Source: Halieaceae bacterium (GTDB taxonomy: Bacteria > Pseudomonadota > Gammaproteobacteria > Pseudomonadales > Halieaceae). From it: a DNA stretch of 64,000 nt. This document shows positions 1-13,920 of this stretch, piece after piece. The notes beneath the pieces are model-generated. The model was not told the origin of the DNA. It saw nothing but the letters and a program-made list of their open reading frames with translations, and made no database searches. Each line of letters opens with the position of its first letter. Within the stretch, counting starts at the first letter, position 1. Where the stretch lies: positions 413 to 64,412 of the forward strand of contig JANQGK010000206.1 in assembly GCA_028277365.1 (NCBI GenBank), in the 5' to 3' direction. Both the position numbers and the translations under genes were made by a program.

Positions 1-844
1 TGTCATTGGGCTGGATGGCGCGCACCACCTGCCCCAGCGGCAGGGTCACCTCGCGCCCGTCGGCCAGGGCGACCCGGTAGCTGTAGCGCTCACTCTGTTC
101 ATACAGCGTCAGCAAACGCTGGCGCGCTACTGCGTAGTCGGCTTCCAGCGCGCGACGCTGTTCGGCAATCGATGCCGGCAGCGGCTCGCCGGACAAGGCC
201 AGGTGCCGCTCGCGCAGCCGCAACCGCTCCATGGCAAAGTTGATGCGGCCGACTGCATCGCGCTCGAGGTCGCGAATCTCCTGGCGCAGCGCCTGGTTTT
301 CCGCCACCAGCGATTGGAAGCGCCGCCAGGTGGCGGCCGGGTCCACAGTGGCGCTGACCAGCGCCTCGCCGCGGTCGTCTATCCGCAGCAGACGGCCGTA
401 CAGGTTGCCCCACTCCAGGCGCTCGACCCGCATCACTCCAGAGGGGCGATTGACCTCAGCGATGCTCGAGTCCAGCAACCAGGCGAAATCGGTATCCAGG
501 AAATCGCGGTTGCCGCGCTTGATCAGTCGGCGCTGCTCCCACCGGCCACTCACATTGGCGATACCCGCGGCGCGCAGCTGCTCGCCGCTGACCCGCTCGC
601 TGGAGACCTGTTCGCCGAGCACGGTATACAGCTCGCCGTCGTGATTGACGCTGAACTCCAGCAGTTCCCGCGGCCAGAAGTGGCCGAGCCCGTGCCAGGC
701 CAGCAGCCACAGCAGGCCAAACACCGCCAGCACCGAAAAGCTCACGGCACCGGCATTGAACCAGACCATGGGCTCTCCGCTGCGTACCCAGTGGGTGAAG
801 CCGCGACGGCGCCCCAGGTACAGGTGCTTGCGTTCCGCGTTCAT
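1..844 (-). CDS. pstA: Phosphate ABC transporter permease PstA, long form (5' part only; 3' end lies beyond the window start)
   Basis: Not in the ORF track because it runs off the window. Reading the minus strand from ATG 844-842 gives an open frame down to position 2 ([62 protein letters not shown]...). It has one N-terminal TM helix followed by a long soluble segment. ATGA start/stop overlap with the upstream permease gene; order is pstS-pstC-this gene. The conserved permease core lies outside the window, so the call rests on synteny. Confidence 0.6.
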   Translation of the reverse strand, partial: MNAERKHLYLGRRRGFTHWVRSGEPMVWFNAGAVSFSVLAVFGLLWLLAWHGLGHFWPRELLEFSVNHDGELYTVLGEQVSSERVSGEQLRAAGIANVSGRWEQRRLIKRGNRDFLDTDFAWLLDSSIAEVNRPSGVMRVERLEWGNLYGRLLRIDDRGEALVSATVDPAATWRRFQSLVAENQALRQEIRDLERDAVGRINFAMERLRLRERHLALSGEPLPASIAEQRRALEADYAVARQRLLTLYEQSERYSYRVALADGREVTLPLGQVVRAIQPND

Positions 845-3048
845 CCGAGAGCGCCGTAACGGGCGCGCAGACGCTGGCGCACAACCTCGGCCACCGTGTT
901 CACACCGAAGGTGAAAACAAACAGCACGAAAGCGGCGAGGAACAGGATGCGGTAGTGAGTGCTGTCCACTTCCGCCTCCGGTACTTCGACAGCGATGTTG
1001 GCCGCCAGGGTGCGCATGCCTTCGAACAGATTGAAATCCATGATCGGCGTGTTGCCGGTGGCCATCAGCACTATCATGGTTTCACCCACCGCGCGACCGA
1101 AACCGATCATCAGCGCCGAAAAGACCCCGGGGCTTGCGGTGGGTAACACCACACCCGTGAGCGTCTGCCAGGGCGTCGCTCCCAGGGCCAGGCTGCCCTG
1201 GCTGAGATGGCGGGGCACCGAGTGGATGGCATCCTCGGCAATGGTGAAGATGGTGGGGATCACGGCGAAGCCCATCGCGATGCCGACAATCATGGCATTA
1301 CGCTGGTCGTAGGGCAGCCCCAGTTCGGTGCTGACCCAGGTGCGGGCATCGCCGGCAAACAGCACCTGCTCCACGGGGCCGCCCATGGCCACCGCCAGCC
1401 AGACCAGGCCAATCATTACCGGCACCAGCACAATGGCATGCCAGCCCTCCGGCAACACCCGCCGCCAGCGCAGCGGCAATCGCGACCAGAGTAGCGCGAA
1501 GGCCGGCACTCCCAACGGCAGCAGCACAAGCCCGGTCATGACTCTCGCCAAATGGTCTTCCACCAGCGGCGCCAGCCACAGGCCCGCCAGGAAGCCGAGG
1601 ATGACCGTGGGCATGGCCTCCATAAGCTCCACCAGCGGCTTAATGCGCCGCCGCAGGGGTGGCGCCATGAAGAAGGCGGTATAGACGGCGCTGCCGATCG
1701 CCACCGGCGCGGCAAACAGCATGGCGTAGAAGGCCGCTTTGATGGTGCCGAAGGCCAGTGGCGTCATGCTGTACTTGGGTTCGTAGTTGTTGCTGGAGGC
1801 GGAGGACTGGTAGACCCAGGCCGGCTCCGGGTAACTCTCGTACCAGACCTTGCGCCACAGTGAGGCCGTGGAGACTTCCGGGTGCGGGTTCTCCAGCAAC
1901 CACTGGCGCAGCAGGCCCTGACCGTCGGCCAGCAGCAGCCGATCGGCACGGGGCGACAGAGCCAGCGCATCGCTCGCCTGCCAGCCCAACGGTGCCCGCA
2001 GGGAGCGCTCCCCGGCGGTGGCATGAAACCACTGCAGCTCGCCGCGGCCGAAGGCCAGGAAACCCCGGCGGCGCTGTTCCGGTAGCAGCCGCTCGATGAC
2101 CACCCCGTCGGTATCGTAGCTGCGCACCCGGGTGAGGCGGCCCTCCTTGCCGCGGCCGGTCACCAGATAGCGGTGTAATCCACCGTCGGAAGACGCCACC
2201 ACCAGTGAGAGCTCCCCCTGCAGGAGACTGCTGGCCGTCAGGACAATGCCGTCCTCAAACAGGCTGCCCTCTGAGGCCAGCATTGGGGCTTCAACCAGGC
2301 GCCACAGCCGATAGTCCCCCGCCGCGGTTAACAGCAGCAACCAGCGGCCGCCATCCATCAGGTGCAGGGCCGCGGCGTCGGCTTGCACACCCAGGGAAAC
2401 CGCGTTTGGCTGCGGAGTCGGCAAACCGGGCTCCGCCAACCCAATGGTTTCCGGCCGCCGCCACAGGGCCAGCTCACCGCCGGCGAGCTGCACCGCCATC
2501 AGTTCGCTGTCTCGCCCCAGCGCCAGATTCCTGACTTCCGCCGCGCCCATCTGCAGGGCGAGGTACCCCCAGGGGTAGTCGAGTACCGGCGTAACCCGGC
2601 GCTCGCCGTTGCGTACCGTATAGCTGTAACTGCCCTGCAGCACCCGCACGCTGCCGTCACGGTAGCCCAGAGCGAGGGCACCGTCGCCACCGCGGGCGGA
2701 GGCGGTCACCTGGCTGGCTGCATCCGCCACCTGAATACGCTTGAGTTCGCTGCCGTCGGCCATGCGCAGGAAACGCGCGCTGCCGTCGGTGCCGACGCTG
2801 AAAGCCAGCACCCCGTACTCCTCGGCATCCAGCCAGCCGGTGGCCGCCGGCTGCTCCAGTTCCACCGGCGGCTGGGTCGCCAGGGTGGCAGGCCTGAGCA
2901 GCGGCATAACCTCGTAGATGAGGAACACAAACAGCATGAGAATGGTGAACAGCACCACACCGCCGCCGGTGCTGATGGCCACGGTGGCGCACCGGTCCTT
3001 AAAGCGCCGCCAGCGCGGCCACCATTCGGGGCTGCTGGCGCGGTTCAC
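841..3048 (-). CDS. pstC: Phosphate ABC transporter permease PstC, long form (735 aa)
   Basis: The C-terminal half has the ABC inner-membrane permease core with an EAA-type loop ([52 protein letters not shown]). One N-terminal TM helix is followed by a ~400-aa extension, as in long-form PstC. 4-nt overlaps with pstS upstream and pstA downstream. Confidence 0.8.
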   Translation of the reverse strand: MNRASSPEWWPRWRRFKDRCATVAISTGGGVVLFTILMLFVFLIYEVMPLLRPATLATQPPVELEQPAATGWLDAEEYGVLAFSVGTDGSARFLRMADGSELKRIQVADAASQVTASARGGDGALALGYRDGSVRVLQGSYSYTVRNGERRVTPVLDYPWGYLALQMGAAEVRNLALGRDSELMAVQLAGGELALWRRPETIGLAEPGLPTPQPNAVSLGVQADAAALHLMDGGRWLLLLTAAGDYRLWRLVEAPMLASEGSLFEDGIVLTASSLLQGELSLVVASSDGGLHRYLVTGRGKEGRLTRVRSYDTDGVVIERLLPEQRRRGFLAFGRGELQWFHATAGERSLRAPLGWQASDALALSPRADRLLLADGQGLLRQWLLENPHPEVSTASLWRKVWYESYPEPAWVYQSSASSNNYEPKYSMTPLAFGTIKAAFYAMLFAAPVAIGSAVYTAFFMAPPLRRRIKPLVELMEAMPTVILGFLAGLWLAPLVEDHLARVMTGLVLLPLGVPAFALLWSRLPLRWRRVLPEGWHAIVLVPVMIGLVWLAVAMGGPVEQVLFAGDARTWVSTELGLPYDQRNAMIVGIAMGFAVIPTIFTIAEDAIHSVPRHLSQGSLALGATPWQTLTGVVLPTASPGVFSALMIGFGRAVGETMIVLMATGNTPIMDFNLFEGMRTLAANIAVEVPEAEVDSTHYRILFLAAFVLFVFTFGVNTVAEVVRQRLRARYGALG

Positions 3049-4046
3049 AACAGCAAGGCCTCGCGAGCGCGGCGAGCGAGCTCTGCCGGCAGCGGGATAT
3101 AGCCGTCTTTGACCACCGCCTGCTGGCCCTGCTGTGACAGCACCAGTGTCAGAAACTCCCGTTCCAAGGGCGGCAACGGGCGCCCGGGGACCTTGTTCAC
3201 GTAGATGAACATAAAGCGCGACAGCGGGTAGTCACCGTTGGTGGCGGTTTCGGTGTTGGGGGCGACAAAGCGCTGGCCCTCGCGGCGCGCCAGCGGCACC
3301 GCCTTGACGCTGGCGGTACGATAACCCAGCGCCGAATAGCCGACGCCGTTGACCGCGGTGGAAATGGCCTGCACCACGGAGGCTGAGCCCGGTTGTTCGT
3401 TCACCCGACTCAGGAAATCGCCATCGCAGAGGGCCTCAGCCTTGAAGAAGCCGTAGGTGCCCGACACCGAGTTGCGGCCGAATAGCTGGATATTACGCCG
3501 GGCCCAGAAGCCTTTAAGCCCCAGTTCGCCCCAGCGCCGGATACCCTCGGGACGGCCGCAGCGGCGGGTGGCGGAAAACATCGCATCCACCTCCGGCAGG
3601 GTGAGGCCGGTAAGCGGATTGTCTTTGTGCACATAGATCGCCACCGCGTCGATCGCCACCGGGATAGCGGTAGGCTGGTAGCCGAAGCGGTTCTCGAAGG
3701 CCTCGCGCTCGCCATCCTTCATAGCGCGACTCATGGGCCCGAGACTGGCGGTGCCTTCGGTCAGGGCCGGGGGCGCGGTGGAGGAGCCCGCCGCCTGCAC
3801 CTGAACGTGCACGTTGGGGTAGTAGCGCTTGAAGGACTCCGCCCACAGGGTCATCAGGTTGGCCAGCGTATCCGAGCCGGCGCTGGACAGGTTGCCCGCC
3901 ACCCCGCTGGCGAGCTGGTAGTTAGGCAGCGCCGGGTCAACCGCGGCGGTGGCTGCCGGCGCGTGCGCCAGGGCGGCCAGCAGCGCAGCGGGAAACAGGC
4001 TTGCCGTGCCTGGCGCGCGGAGGCCCAGGAACCGAGGTAGCTTCAT
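3045..4046 (-). CDS. pstS: Phosphate-binding periplasmic protein PstS family
   Basis: Track ORF 3045..4193 trimmed to ATG 4046-4044, giving the signal peptide [34 protein letters not shown]. The longer version overlaps phoR. PBP-like phosphate-binding motifs are present ([26 protein letters not shown]). Sits directly upstream of pstC. Confidence 0.8.
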   Translation of the reverse strand: MKLPRFLGLRAPGTASLFPAALLAALAHAPAATAAVDPALPNYQLASGVAGNLSSAGSDTLANLMTLWAESFKRYYPNVHVQVQAAGSSTAPPALTEGTASLGPMSRAMKDGEREAFENRFGYQPTAIPVAIDAVAIYVHKDNPLTGLTLPEVDAMFSATRRCGRPEGIRRWGELGLKGFWARRNIQLFGRNSVSGTYGFFKAEALCDGDFLSRVNEQPGSASVVQAISTAVNGVGYSALGYRTASVKAVPLARREGQRFVAPNTETATNGDYPLSRFMFIYVNKVPGRPLPPLEREFLTLVLSQQGQQAVVKDGYIPLPAELARRAREALLL

Positions 4047-4059
4047 TCTTCTATTTGTT

Positions 4060-5391
4060 TCAGTCCTGTGACACCGAGTCAGTTGTGCTGCCCGGCGCTT
4101 TCGCGGCCGCAGTTCCGTCGTCCTGTGACACCGGGAAGACACACCGGAAGGTGCTGCCCACGCCCACTTCACTTTCAATCTCCAAACGCGCATTGTGCCC
4201 TGCCAGCACGTGCTTGACGATGGCGAGCCCCAGGCCGGTGCCCCCTGTGCCCTGTGAGCGACTCTTGTCGACCCGGTAAAACCGCTCGGTCAGACGCGGC
4301 AGATGAACTGCATCAATGCCCGGCCCGCGGTCCGACACCGCCAGGCAGAGGGCATCCTCACGCTCAGACCACTGAATGCCGACGTCCCTGTCACTGTACT
4401 TCAGCGCGTTGATGACCAGGTTGGAGACGGCGCTGTAGAGTTGCTTGTAGTTGCCGTTCACCGAGCGCTGCGTGAGGATTTCGATATCGACCACCCGGTC
4501 TGGGTAGGCGCCGAGAGAGAACTCCCGCACCTCGTTGATCATGTCGTGCATATCCAGCGCGCGGCGCTCCTCGCGGCCCTCGGTGGATTCGATCTGCGAC
4601 AGCCACAGCAGGTCGCGCAGCAGGGTTTCCATGCGCTCGGCCTGCTGCTGCATCTGCAGCATGGGCTGCTGCAGCCGGGCCTCACGGCCAAGGTCGGTGT
4701 CCATCAGCGTCAACAGGTAGCCGGAAATCACCGTCAGCGGCGTGCGCAGTTCGTGGGACACGTTGGCGACAAAGTCGCGGCGCATCTTCTCGAGCTGCTG
4801 CTCGCGGGTCACGTCGCGGCAGAACATCAGACGGCTGCCACGGCCGAAGGCGGTGACTTCCACCTGAAGCTGCAGGTTGGCGTCCAGCGGGCTCTCGATC
4901 AGCAGCGGCTGTTGGTAGTCACCGCCGGTGAAGTAGGCACTGAAGTTCGGCACCCGCAGCAGGTTGACGATGGCCTGGCCGCGGTCGCGCGGGTACTGCA
5001 GGCCCAGCAGCTGCTGGGCGGCCTCGTTGCTCCACTCGATGTTCGCAGAGGGGTCGATGAGCACCGCGGCGTCCTTGAGGGCGGCCAGGGGGTCCCGCAG
5101 GTAGCTGACCGCCGTCTGCAGGCGGTCGCGTTCTTCGCGGTCGTGCCGCTGCAGGCGGTAGATGCTGTCGAAGAACTCGCCCCACAGACCGCGGGCCTCA
5201 GGGGGCTCCACGTCCGGGCGGCGCATCCAGTCAGAGACCCGCCGCAGCTGATTGAGCCAGTAGACGACCAGCAACAGCGCGGCGGTGGCCAGCGCCTCCA
5301 GGCCGTAACCGAGGGCGGCCCCGAGACCGACGACTATCAGGAAATAGAATGCGACCTTACGAAATTCTTTCCACCAACTGGTGGTGGCCAC
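4060..5391 (-). CDS. phoR: Phosphate regulon sensor histidine kinase PhoR
   Basis: Two N-terminal TM helices, H-box [16 protein letters not shown] boxes ([28 protein letters not shown]). Starts 1 nt inside the phoB stop. Confidence 0.9.
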   Translation of the reverse strand: MATTSWWKEFRKVAFYFLIVVGLGAALGYGLEALATAALLLVVYWLNQLRRVSDWMRRPDVEPPEARGLWGEFFDSIYRLQRHDREERDRLQTAVSYLRDPLAALKDAAVLIDPSANIEWSNEAAQQLLGLQYPRDRGQAIVNLLRVPNFSAYFTGGDYQQPLLIESPLDANLQLQVEVTAFGRGSRLMFCRDVTREQQLEKMRRDFVANVSHELRTPLTVISGYLLTLMDTDLGREARLQQPMLQMQQQAERMETLLRDLLWLSQIESTEGREERRALDMHDMINEVREFSLGAYPDRVVDIEILTQRSVNGNYKQLYSAVSNLVINALKYSDRDVGIQWSEREDALCLAVSDRGPGIDAVHLPRLTERFYRVDKSRSQGTGGTGLGLAIVKHVLAGHNARLEIESEVGVGSTFRCVFPVSQDDGTAAAKAPGSTTDSVSQD

Positions 5392-6098
5392 TATAAGGCG
5401 ACTCCACGCGCCGAGAAGCGATAGCCGGTGCCGCGTACGGTTTGAATCAGCCGGCTGTAGTCGTAGTTGTGAGTTTGCAGGGATTTACGCAGGCGGCGGA
5501 TGTGCACATCGACCGTGCGCTCCTCCACGTAGACGTTGGCACCCCACACCTGATCCAGCAACTGGTTACGGGTGTAAGCCCGCTCCGGGTGGGACATGAA
5601 AAACTGCAGCAGGCGGAACTCGGTGGGGCCGACATCAATAAGGTCACCGCCCAGGAAAATGCGCTTGGAATCGCTGTCCAGGGTCAGCTCGGCCACCTGC
5701 AGGGTGGATTCCTCCACTCCGCCGGTGCTGCGGCGCAGCAGAGCGCGAATGCGGGCGATCAGTTCGCGCGGCGCGAAGGGCTTGGTGATGTAGTCGTCTG
5801 CACCGACGTCTAGCCCCTGAATCACGTTGTCCTCGGTGGTTTTGGCGGTGAGCATGATCACCGGCAGGTCCTTGGTGGCATCATTGCGCTTCAGGCGACG
5901 CAGCAGTTCCAGGCCGCTGCCACCGGGCAGCATCCAGTCCAGCAGCACGATATCCGGTCGATCATCGACGATGACCTGATAGGCAGACTGGATGTTGTCT
6001 GCTTCGAGACAGTTAAACTCGGCGATCTCGAGTGCCATACGCAGCATGTCGCGGATAGCAAATTCATCGTCGACAATGAGTACCGTGCGGTCGGTCAT
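5391..6098 (-). CDS. phoB: Phosphate regulon response regulator PhoB (OmpR family)
   Basis: Receiver domain (VLIVDDE..., LLDWMLPG, MLTAK) plus a winged-helix output domain (RTVDVHIRRLRKSL...VRGTGYRF). Paired with phoR. Confidence 0.9.
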   Translation of the reverse strand: MTDRTVLIVDDEFAIRDMLRMALEIAEFNCLEADNIQSAYQVIVDDRPDIVLLDWMLPGGSGLELLRRLKRNDATKDLPVIMLTAKTTEDNVIQGLDVGADDYITKPFAPRELIARIRALLRRSTGGVEESTLQVAELTLDSDSKRIFLGGDLIDVGPTEFRLLQFFMSHPERAYTRNQLLDQVWGANVYVEERTVDVHIRRLRKSLQTHNYDYSRLIQTVRGTGYRFSARGVAL

Positions 6099-6145
6099 GT
6101 GACAGTTTTCCCTTTGAGTAATCGAGACACGGTATTAAAAGTCGC

Positions 6146-6167
6146 AATTATTACCTCATTATGACAG
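6146..6167 (-). promoter_or_regulatory. Putative Pho box upstream of phoB
   Basis: The minus strand reads CTGTCAT AATG AGGTAAT AATT. The first 7-mer plus A/T spacer matches the Pho box consensus CTGTCAT-A(A/T)A(T/A); the second 7-mer matches 4/7. A TTTAAT -10-like hexamer follows. The site lies 48-69 nt upstream of the phoB ATG. Confidence 0.4.
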
Positions 6168-6207
6168 GGCTCTACGGAGCCTGACACCCCCGCCTGCACC
6201 CGGCGGC

Positions 6208-9805
<3,598 letters not shown>

Positions 9806-9883
9806 AGCCCCCAGTCTATCCCGTGCTGAGTGTATCCCTGTCTTCCCTGATGGCCGGCATCAAGCTTGTACTGTTCTGACCGA

Positions 9884-12800
9884 TCAGGAAGCAGCCAGTT
9901 CCGCGGCCTCGTCCACGTCCACCGTCACCAGTCGCGATACGCCCGGTTCCTGCATGGTAACCCCCATCAGGTGATCTGCCATCTCCATGGTGATCTTGTT
10001 GTGGGTGATAAAGATGAACTGAACCGTGTCAGACATCTCCTTGACCATGCGCGCGTAGCGGCCGGTGTTGGCGTCATCCAGTGGCGCATCCACCTCGTCC
10101 AGCATACAGAACGGCGCCGGATTGAGGCGGAAGATCGAGAATACCAGGGCGATCGCCGTCAGCGCCTTTTCACCACCGGACAGCAGGTGGATGGTGGCGT
10201 TCTTCTTGCCCGGCGGCCGCGCCATGATGGTAATACCAGTATCGAGCAAGTCCTCGCCGGTCATCTCCAGGTAGGCTGAGCCACCGCCGAAGACCCGCGG
10301 GAACAGCTCCTTGAGGCTTGAGTTGACCTGGTCGAAGGTCTCCCGGAAACGGTTGCGGGTTTCCTTGTCGATCTTGCGGATCGCGGATTCCAGGGTTTGC
10401 AGGGCCTGTTCCAGGTCCTCGTTCTGGGCATCCAGGTAGTTCTTGCGCTCGGACTGCTGGCTGTATTCGTCGATAGCGGCCAGGTTGATGGGGCCGAGCC
10501 GGGCGATGCGGTTGCCAACCTTCTCCAGGCGCAGCTGCCACTCGCCCTCTTCCGCCTCCTCGGGCAGGCTCTCCAGCACGGTCTCGGCTTTCTGGTCACT
10601 CTCGGCCAGGGCCTGTTCCAGGGTCTCGCGCTGAACCTGCAAGGTCTGGTTTTCCAGGCGCTTCTGCTCCAGCTGGCTGCGCACGCTGGCACTGCGCTGC
10701 TCGATCTGCGCGCGCAACCCCTCGGCTTCGCGCAGCTCGCCGTCGATGCGGGCAACCTTGTCGCGGGCTTCGCCCAGCTCGGTTTCCACCACCAGGCGCT
10801 TCTCGAGCTGTGACTCCAGTTCGTCCTTAAGCCCATCCAGCGGCTGGTCGTTGCTGGCAATGTTCTCCTCCAGCGCCTGCTTACGCTCCACCAGCTGTTT
10901 GACCTGCACCGTGGTGCGCTCGATGGACTGGGTCATGGATTGCAGCTGGGCCTGCAGCGACTGATGCTGCATGGCGGTCTGATGGGCCGTGTCCTTGTCG
11001 TGGCGTGCGGCCTGACGCGCCTGGTCGAGACGGGTGCGGGTGTCGTCGCGGCGCGACAGCAGCGCCTCGCGCTGCTTTGAATCCTGCTCCATGCGTTCGA
11101 TGGCGGCAGATAGCAGCTGGCGCGCTTCCGCCATGCTGTCCTGCTCGACCTGGAACTGGGCCCGGGATTCGTCGATCTCGCGGTTGATCCCCTCGCGGCG
11201 CTTGCTGATCTGTTCGATCTTGGCCTGCTCGGCGCTCAGCGCCGCGGCCAGGTCGGCGTGTTCCCGCGAGACCGCCTGTAGCTGGCCCTGGGCCTCGTGG
11301 CGCTGCTGCTCCAGGCTCTTGAGCCGGCCGTCGGTGTCCGCCAGCTCCGCCTGTAGTTGTTGGCAGCGGGCCTCACCCTCGCGAATTGCGGCAGACAGGG
11401 ACTCCAGTTCCTGCTGGCGGGCGATCACGCCGGATTCTTCTTCGCTGCAGTTGCTGACCCGGACCCAGTCCGGACCTACCCAGACGCCGTCGCGGGTAAT
11501 CAAAGACTGATGCGCGGCAAGGCTTGCGCGCCGCGTCAGGGCATCAGCCAGGCTTTCCGCGGTCAGCACGCTGCCCAGTTGTCCGGCCAGATGACCGGCG
11601 CCACTGACCTGGGCGGCCAGGCTACCGTCGGGACCGGCGGCTGGTGTAGCGCCGTCAAGGAGCATGACCTCACCCTTGGGCGCCCGGGCCAGGGCCTCGG
11701 CAAAAGCATCGATACGATCGACACACACCGCCTGCAGGCTATCGCCCAGTACGGTTTCCACCGCCTGCTGCCAGTCCGGTGCCACCTGGATCTGTTGCAG
11801 CAGGCGCGGCCGCTCGGCCAGCTGTTGCGCATTGAGCCAGGTTTCCACCGCCTCACCCGCGCCCGACGCCGCCTGCTGCAGGGCATCCAGGGAGGCGTGG
11901 CGGCCGCGCTGGGCCTGCAACTCGCTGCGGGCACCATCGAGGGCTTCGGACAGGGTATTGCGATGCTCGCGGGCGGTATTGACCTGTTCCAGCAGCTCTT
12001 CGCTGTGCTTCTCCGCCGCGCGAATCGCCAGCTCCTTCTCGGCGATCTGCTCGCCCAGGCGCTCACAAGTCTCGTCGGCGGGGCCGGCACTCAAGCCAGA
12101 CTTTTCTTCGTCAAGCGCGGCGATGCGCTCCTGGATGCGGGTCAGAGCCTGCTCCAGGTGCTGGATGCGTGATTGCTGCACCTCGGCCTGCTGGCGCGGC
12201 TCGGCGGCCTGCTGGTTGAAGTCGTCCCACTCCTGCTGCCAGGCCTGCATGTGCTCCTCGGCGTCGACCAGGGCCTGGGCCGAGGCCGCTTCCGCCGCCT
12301 GCAGCTCTTCCAGGGCCGGGGTCACCGCAGCCAGCTCTTCCTGCCACTGGGACTGCTTGTTGCGGTCTTCCTCCAGGTGGCGCTCGGCCTGCTCGAAGCT
12401 CTCCACAGTCTGACGCAGGTCCTCGGCCAGCTGGCGCGAGCGCTCTTGCTGGTGCTTGATGGTCTGCTCGATGCGGGCGACCTCGGAACCAATGCTGTAG
12501 TAGCGCGCCTGTACCTCGTTAAAGCTGTCGGTGGCCTCGGTGTGCTGCAGGCGCATGTCCTCGATGCCGGCATCCACCTGGCGGTGCTCGGCGATGACTG
12601 CTTCGAGTTTTACATCCAGCTCGCCGATGTCGTGCTTGGAGGCGCTGATCTTGTCGTCCAGGCTCTTCCACTGCAGGGCCTGCAGCTGGGCCTTGAGCTC
12701 CCGCTCCTCGGCCTTGAACTCGCCGTACTTCTCGGCGGCCTGGGCCTGCCGGTGCAGGTGCTGGAGCTGGCGGTCCAGTTCTTCGCGCAGGTCGGTGAGG

Positions 12801-13378
12801 CGCTCGAGATTCTCCAGCGTCCTCCGCATGCGGCTCTCAGTTTCCTTGCGCCGCTCCTTGTACTTGGAGATGCCGGCGGCTTCCTCGATAAAGACCCGCA
12901 GTTCCTCAGGCTTGGATTCGATCAGGCGCGAGATCATGCCCTGCTCGATGATGGCATAGCTGCGCGGGCCGAGGCCGGTGCCGAGGAAGATGTCGGTAAT
13001 GTCGCGGCGGCGGCACTTGCTGCCGTTGAGGAAATATTCGCTCTGGCCCTCGCGGGTCACCTGACGGCGTACGGAGATCTCGGCGTAGCTGGCGTACTCG
13101 CCGCCAATGCCACCGTCGTGGTTGTCGAATATCAGTTCGATGGACGCCTGGCCGACCGGCTGGCGGTTGACCGAGCCGTTGAAGATCACGTCGGTCATGT
13201 GCTCGCCGCGCAGGTTCTTCGCCGAGCTTTCGCCCATGACCCAGCGCACCGCGTCGATGACGTTGGATTTGCCGCAGCCATTGGGACCGACGACTGCACA
13301 CATATTGCTGGGAAACTGCACGTGTGTCGGGTCCACAAACGATTTGAAGCCCGACAGCTTGATGGATTTTAATCTCAT
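9884..13378 (-). CDS. smc: Chromosome segregation protein SMC
   Basis: 1164 aa. Walker A GPNGCGKSN, long coiled coils with a central hinge, signature LSGGEKALTAIAL, Walker B FCMLDEVDAPLD. Confidence 0.95.
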   Translation of the reverse strand: MRLKSIKLSGFKSFVDPTHVQFPSNMCAVVGPNGCGKSNVIDAVRWVMGESSAKNLRGEHMTDVIFNGSVNRQPVGQASIELIFDNHDGGIGGEYASYAEISVRRQVTREGQSEYFLNGSKCRRRDITDIFLGTGLGPRSYAIIEQGMISRLIESKPEELRVFIEEAAGISKYKERRKETESRMRRTLENLERLTDLREELDRQLQHLHRQAQAAEKYGEFKAEERELKAQLQALQWKSLDDKISASKHDIGELDVKLEAVIAEHRQVDAGIEDMRLQHTEATDSFNEVQARYYSIGSEVARIEQTIKHQQERSRQLAEDLRQTVESFEQAERHLEEDRNKQSQWQEELAAVTPALEELQAAEAASAQALVDAEEHMQAWQQEWDDFNQQAAEPRQQAEVQQSRIQHLEQALTRIQERIAALDEEKSGLSAGPADETCERLGEQIAEKELAIRAAEKHSEELLEQVNTAREHRNTLSEALDGARSELQAQRGRHASLDALQQAASGAGEAVETWLNAQQLAERPRLLQQIQVAPDWQQAVETVLGDSLQAVCVDRIDAFAEALARAPKGEVMLLDGATPAAGPDGSLAAQVSGAGHLAGQLGSVLTAESLADALTRRASLAAHQSLITRDGVWVGPDWVRVSNCSEEESGVIARQQELESLSAAIREGEARCQQLQAELADTDGRLKSLEQQRHEAQGQLQAVSREHADLAAALSAEQAKIEQISKRREGINREIDESRAQFQVEQDSMAEARQLLSAAIERMEQDSKQREALLSRRDDTRTRLDQARQAARHDKDTAHQTAMQHQSLQAQLQSMTQSIERTTVQVKQLVERKQALEENIASNDQPLDGLKDELESQLEKRLVVETELGEARDKVARIDGELREAEGLRAQIEQRSASVRSQLEQKRLENQTLQVQRETLEQALAESDQKAETVLESLPEEAEEGEWQLRLEKVGNRIARLGPINLAAIDEYSQQSERKNYLDAQNEDLEQALQTLESAIRKIDKETRNRFRETFDQVNSSLKELFPRVFGGGSAYLEMTGEDLLDTGITIMARPPGKKNATIHLLSGGEKALTAIALVFSIFRLNPAPFCMLDEVDAPLDDANTGRYARMVKEMSDTVQFIFITHNKITMEMADHLMGVTMQEPGVSRLVTVDVDEAAELAAS

Positions 13379-13640
13379 ACGGCTTTTATTAAGACTCTAT
13401 GTAGCACTCGCAAGTCTCTGTTTTTATTTATTTTTCGTTGTTTTTCATTGAGTTGCATTGCTTTTCAGCGCTCGATTTCCAAGGCCTGGTAACGCCGGTT
13501 CGAGGCTGATTTCGCGTTGATAAGGGCTAGATATCGCCCTGCCAACCCCCTATATGATGTGGCTAGTGTACTCCCTCGACACAAGACTTGGGAGTGAAAA
13601 GGGGAAAATTCTTGGGTTTTTTTGCCGTTTTGAGAGCTGC

Positions 13641-13645
13641 GCCCG
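13641..13645. repeat. Left copy of the 5-bp target-site duplication (GCCCG)
   Basis: gcccg immediately precedes the phage 5'-TGT at 13646. The identical pentamer follows the phage ...ACA-3' at 52662-52666. Confidence 0.8.
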
Positions 13646-13762
13646 TGTGGGTTGGGACTAGATTCTGGAAACCTGGAAAAACAGTGCCAAACCGCAAACC
13701 CACGTAACACGCGGAGTGTGGGCGAATCCCTCAAAATGGCTTCGTAATTGAATTCTGGAAAC
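13646..13762 (+). repeat. Prophage left end with putative transposase-binding repeats
   Basis: TGTGGGTTGGGACTAGATTCTGGAAAC (13646-13672) matches the reverse complement of the right end at 20/26 nt. Adjacent half-repeat CCTGGAAAAAC (13672-13682). The inner repeat TGAATTCTGGAAAC (13749-13762) is identical to the inverted inner repeat at the right end. Confidence 0.75.
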
Positions 13763-13920
13763 TTTTTGCCTGATGGACCGATATCGAGGCCGATTCGGCT
13801 GCTATTTCCGGTAAGAAACTGTCGGATATTTACCGTTCAGGGTCAATAATTCGAGTGTGAATTACCCGTTACAGCGATGTAAATCGATCGATATAGCTCT
13901 ATTTGGAGGCCCGTTGACGG

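Noticed and set aside
12173-13372. 399-aa plus-strand ORF, with many similar ones at 10397-13372 (and 9866..10279 further upstream), lying over smc
   Set aside because: It is antisense to a gene with unmistakable SMC motifs. The translation is a Leu/Gly/Ala/Val/Gln-rich, low-information sequence typical of shadow ORFs in high-GC DNA.
13379-13645. tRNA gene or integrase-type att site at the prophage boundary
   Set aside because: I saw no cloverleaf-compatible sequence and there is no integrase gene in the element. The junctions show a 5-bp duplication and TG/CA ends, which indicates transposition rather than site-specific integration.
13465-13734. 89-aa ORF in the smc upstream region
   Set aside because: It spans the host/prophage junction at 13645/13646, so it cannot be an ancestral gene of either partner. 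The region is AT-richer regulatory and terminal-repeat DNA.
13855-13874. GTGTGAATTACCCGTTACAG considered as a third copy of the late dyad
   Set aside because: Only one half-site (TGTGAA) matches. The second arm is TTACAG at the wrong spacing, and the sequence lies downstream of F near the left end rather than in front of an operon. The GTGAA...TCACAGTC string at the tape-measure start (40461-40487) was rejected for the same reason, because of wrong spacing.
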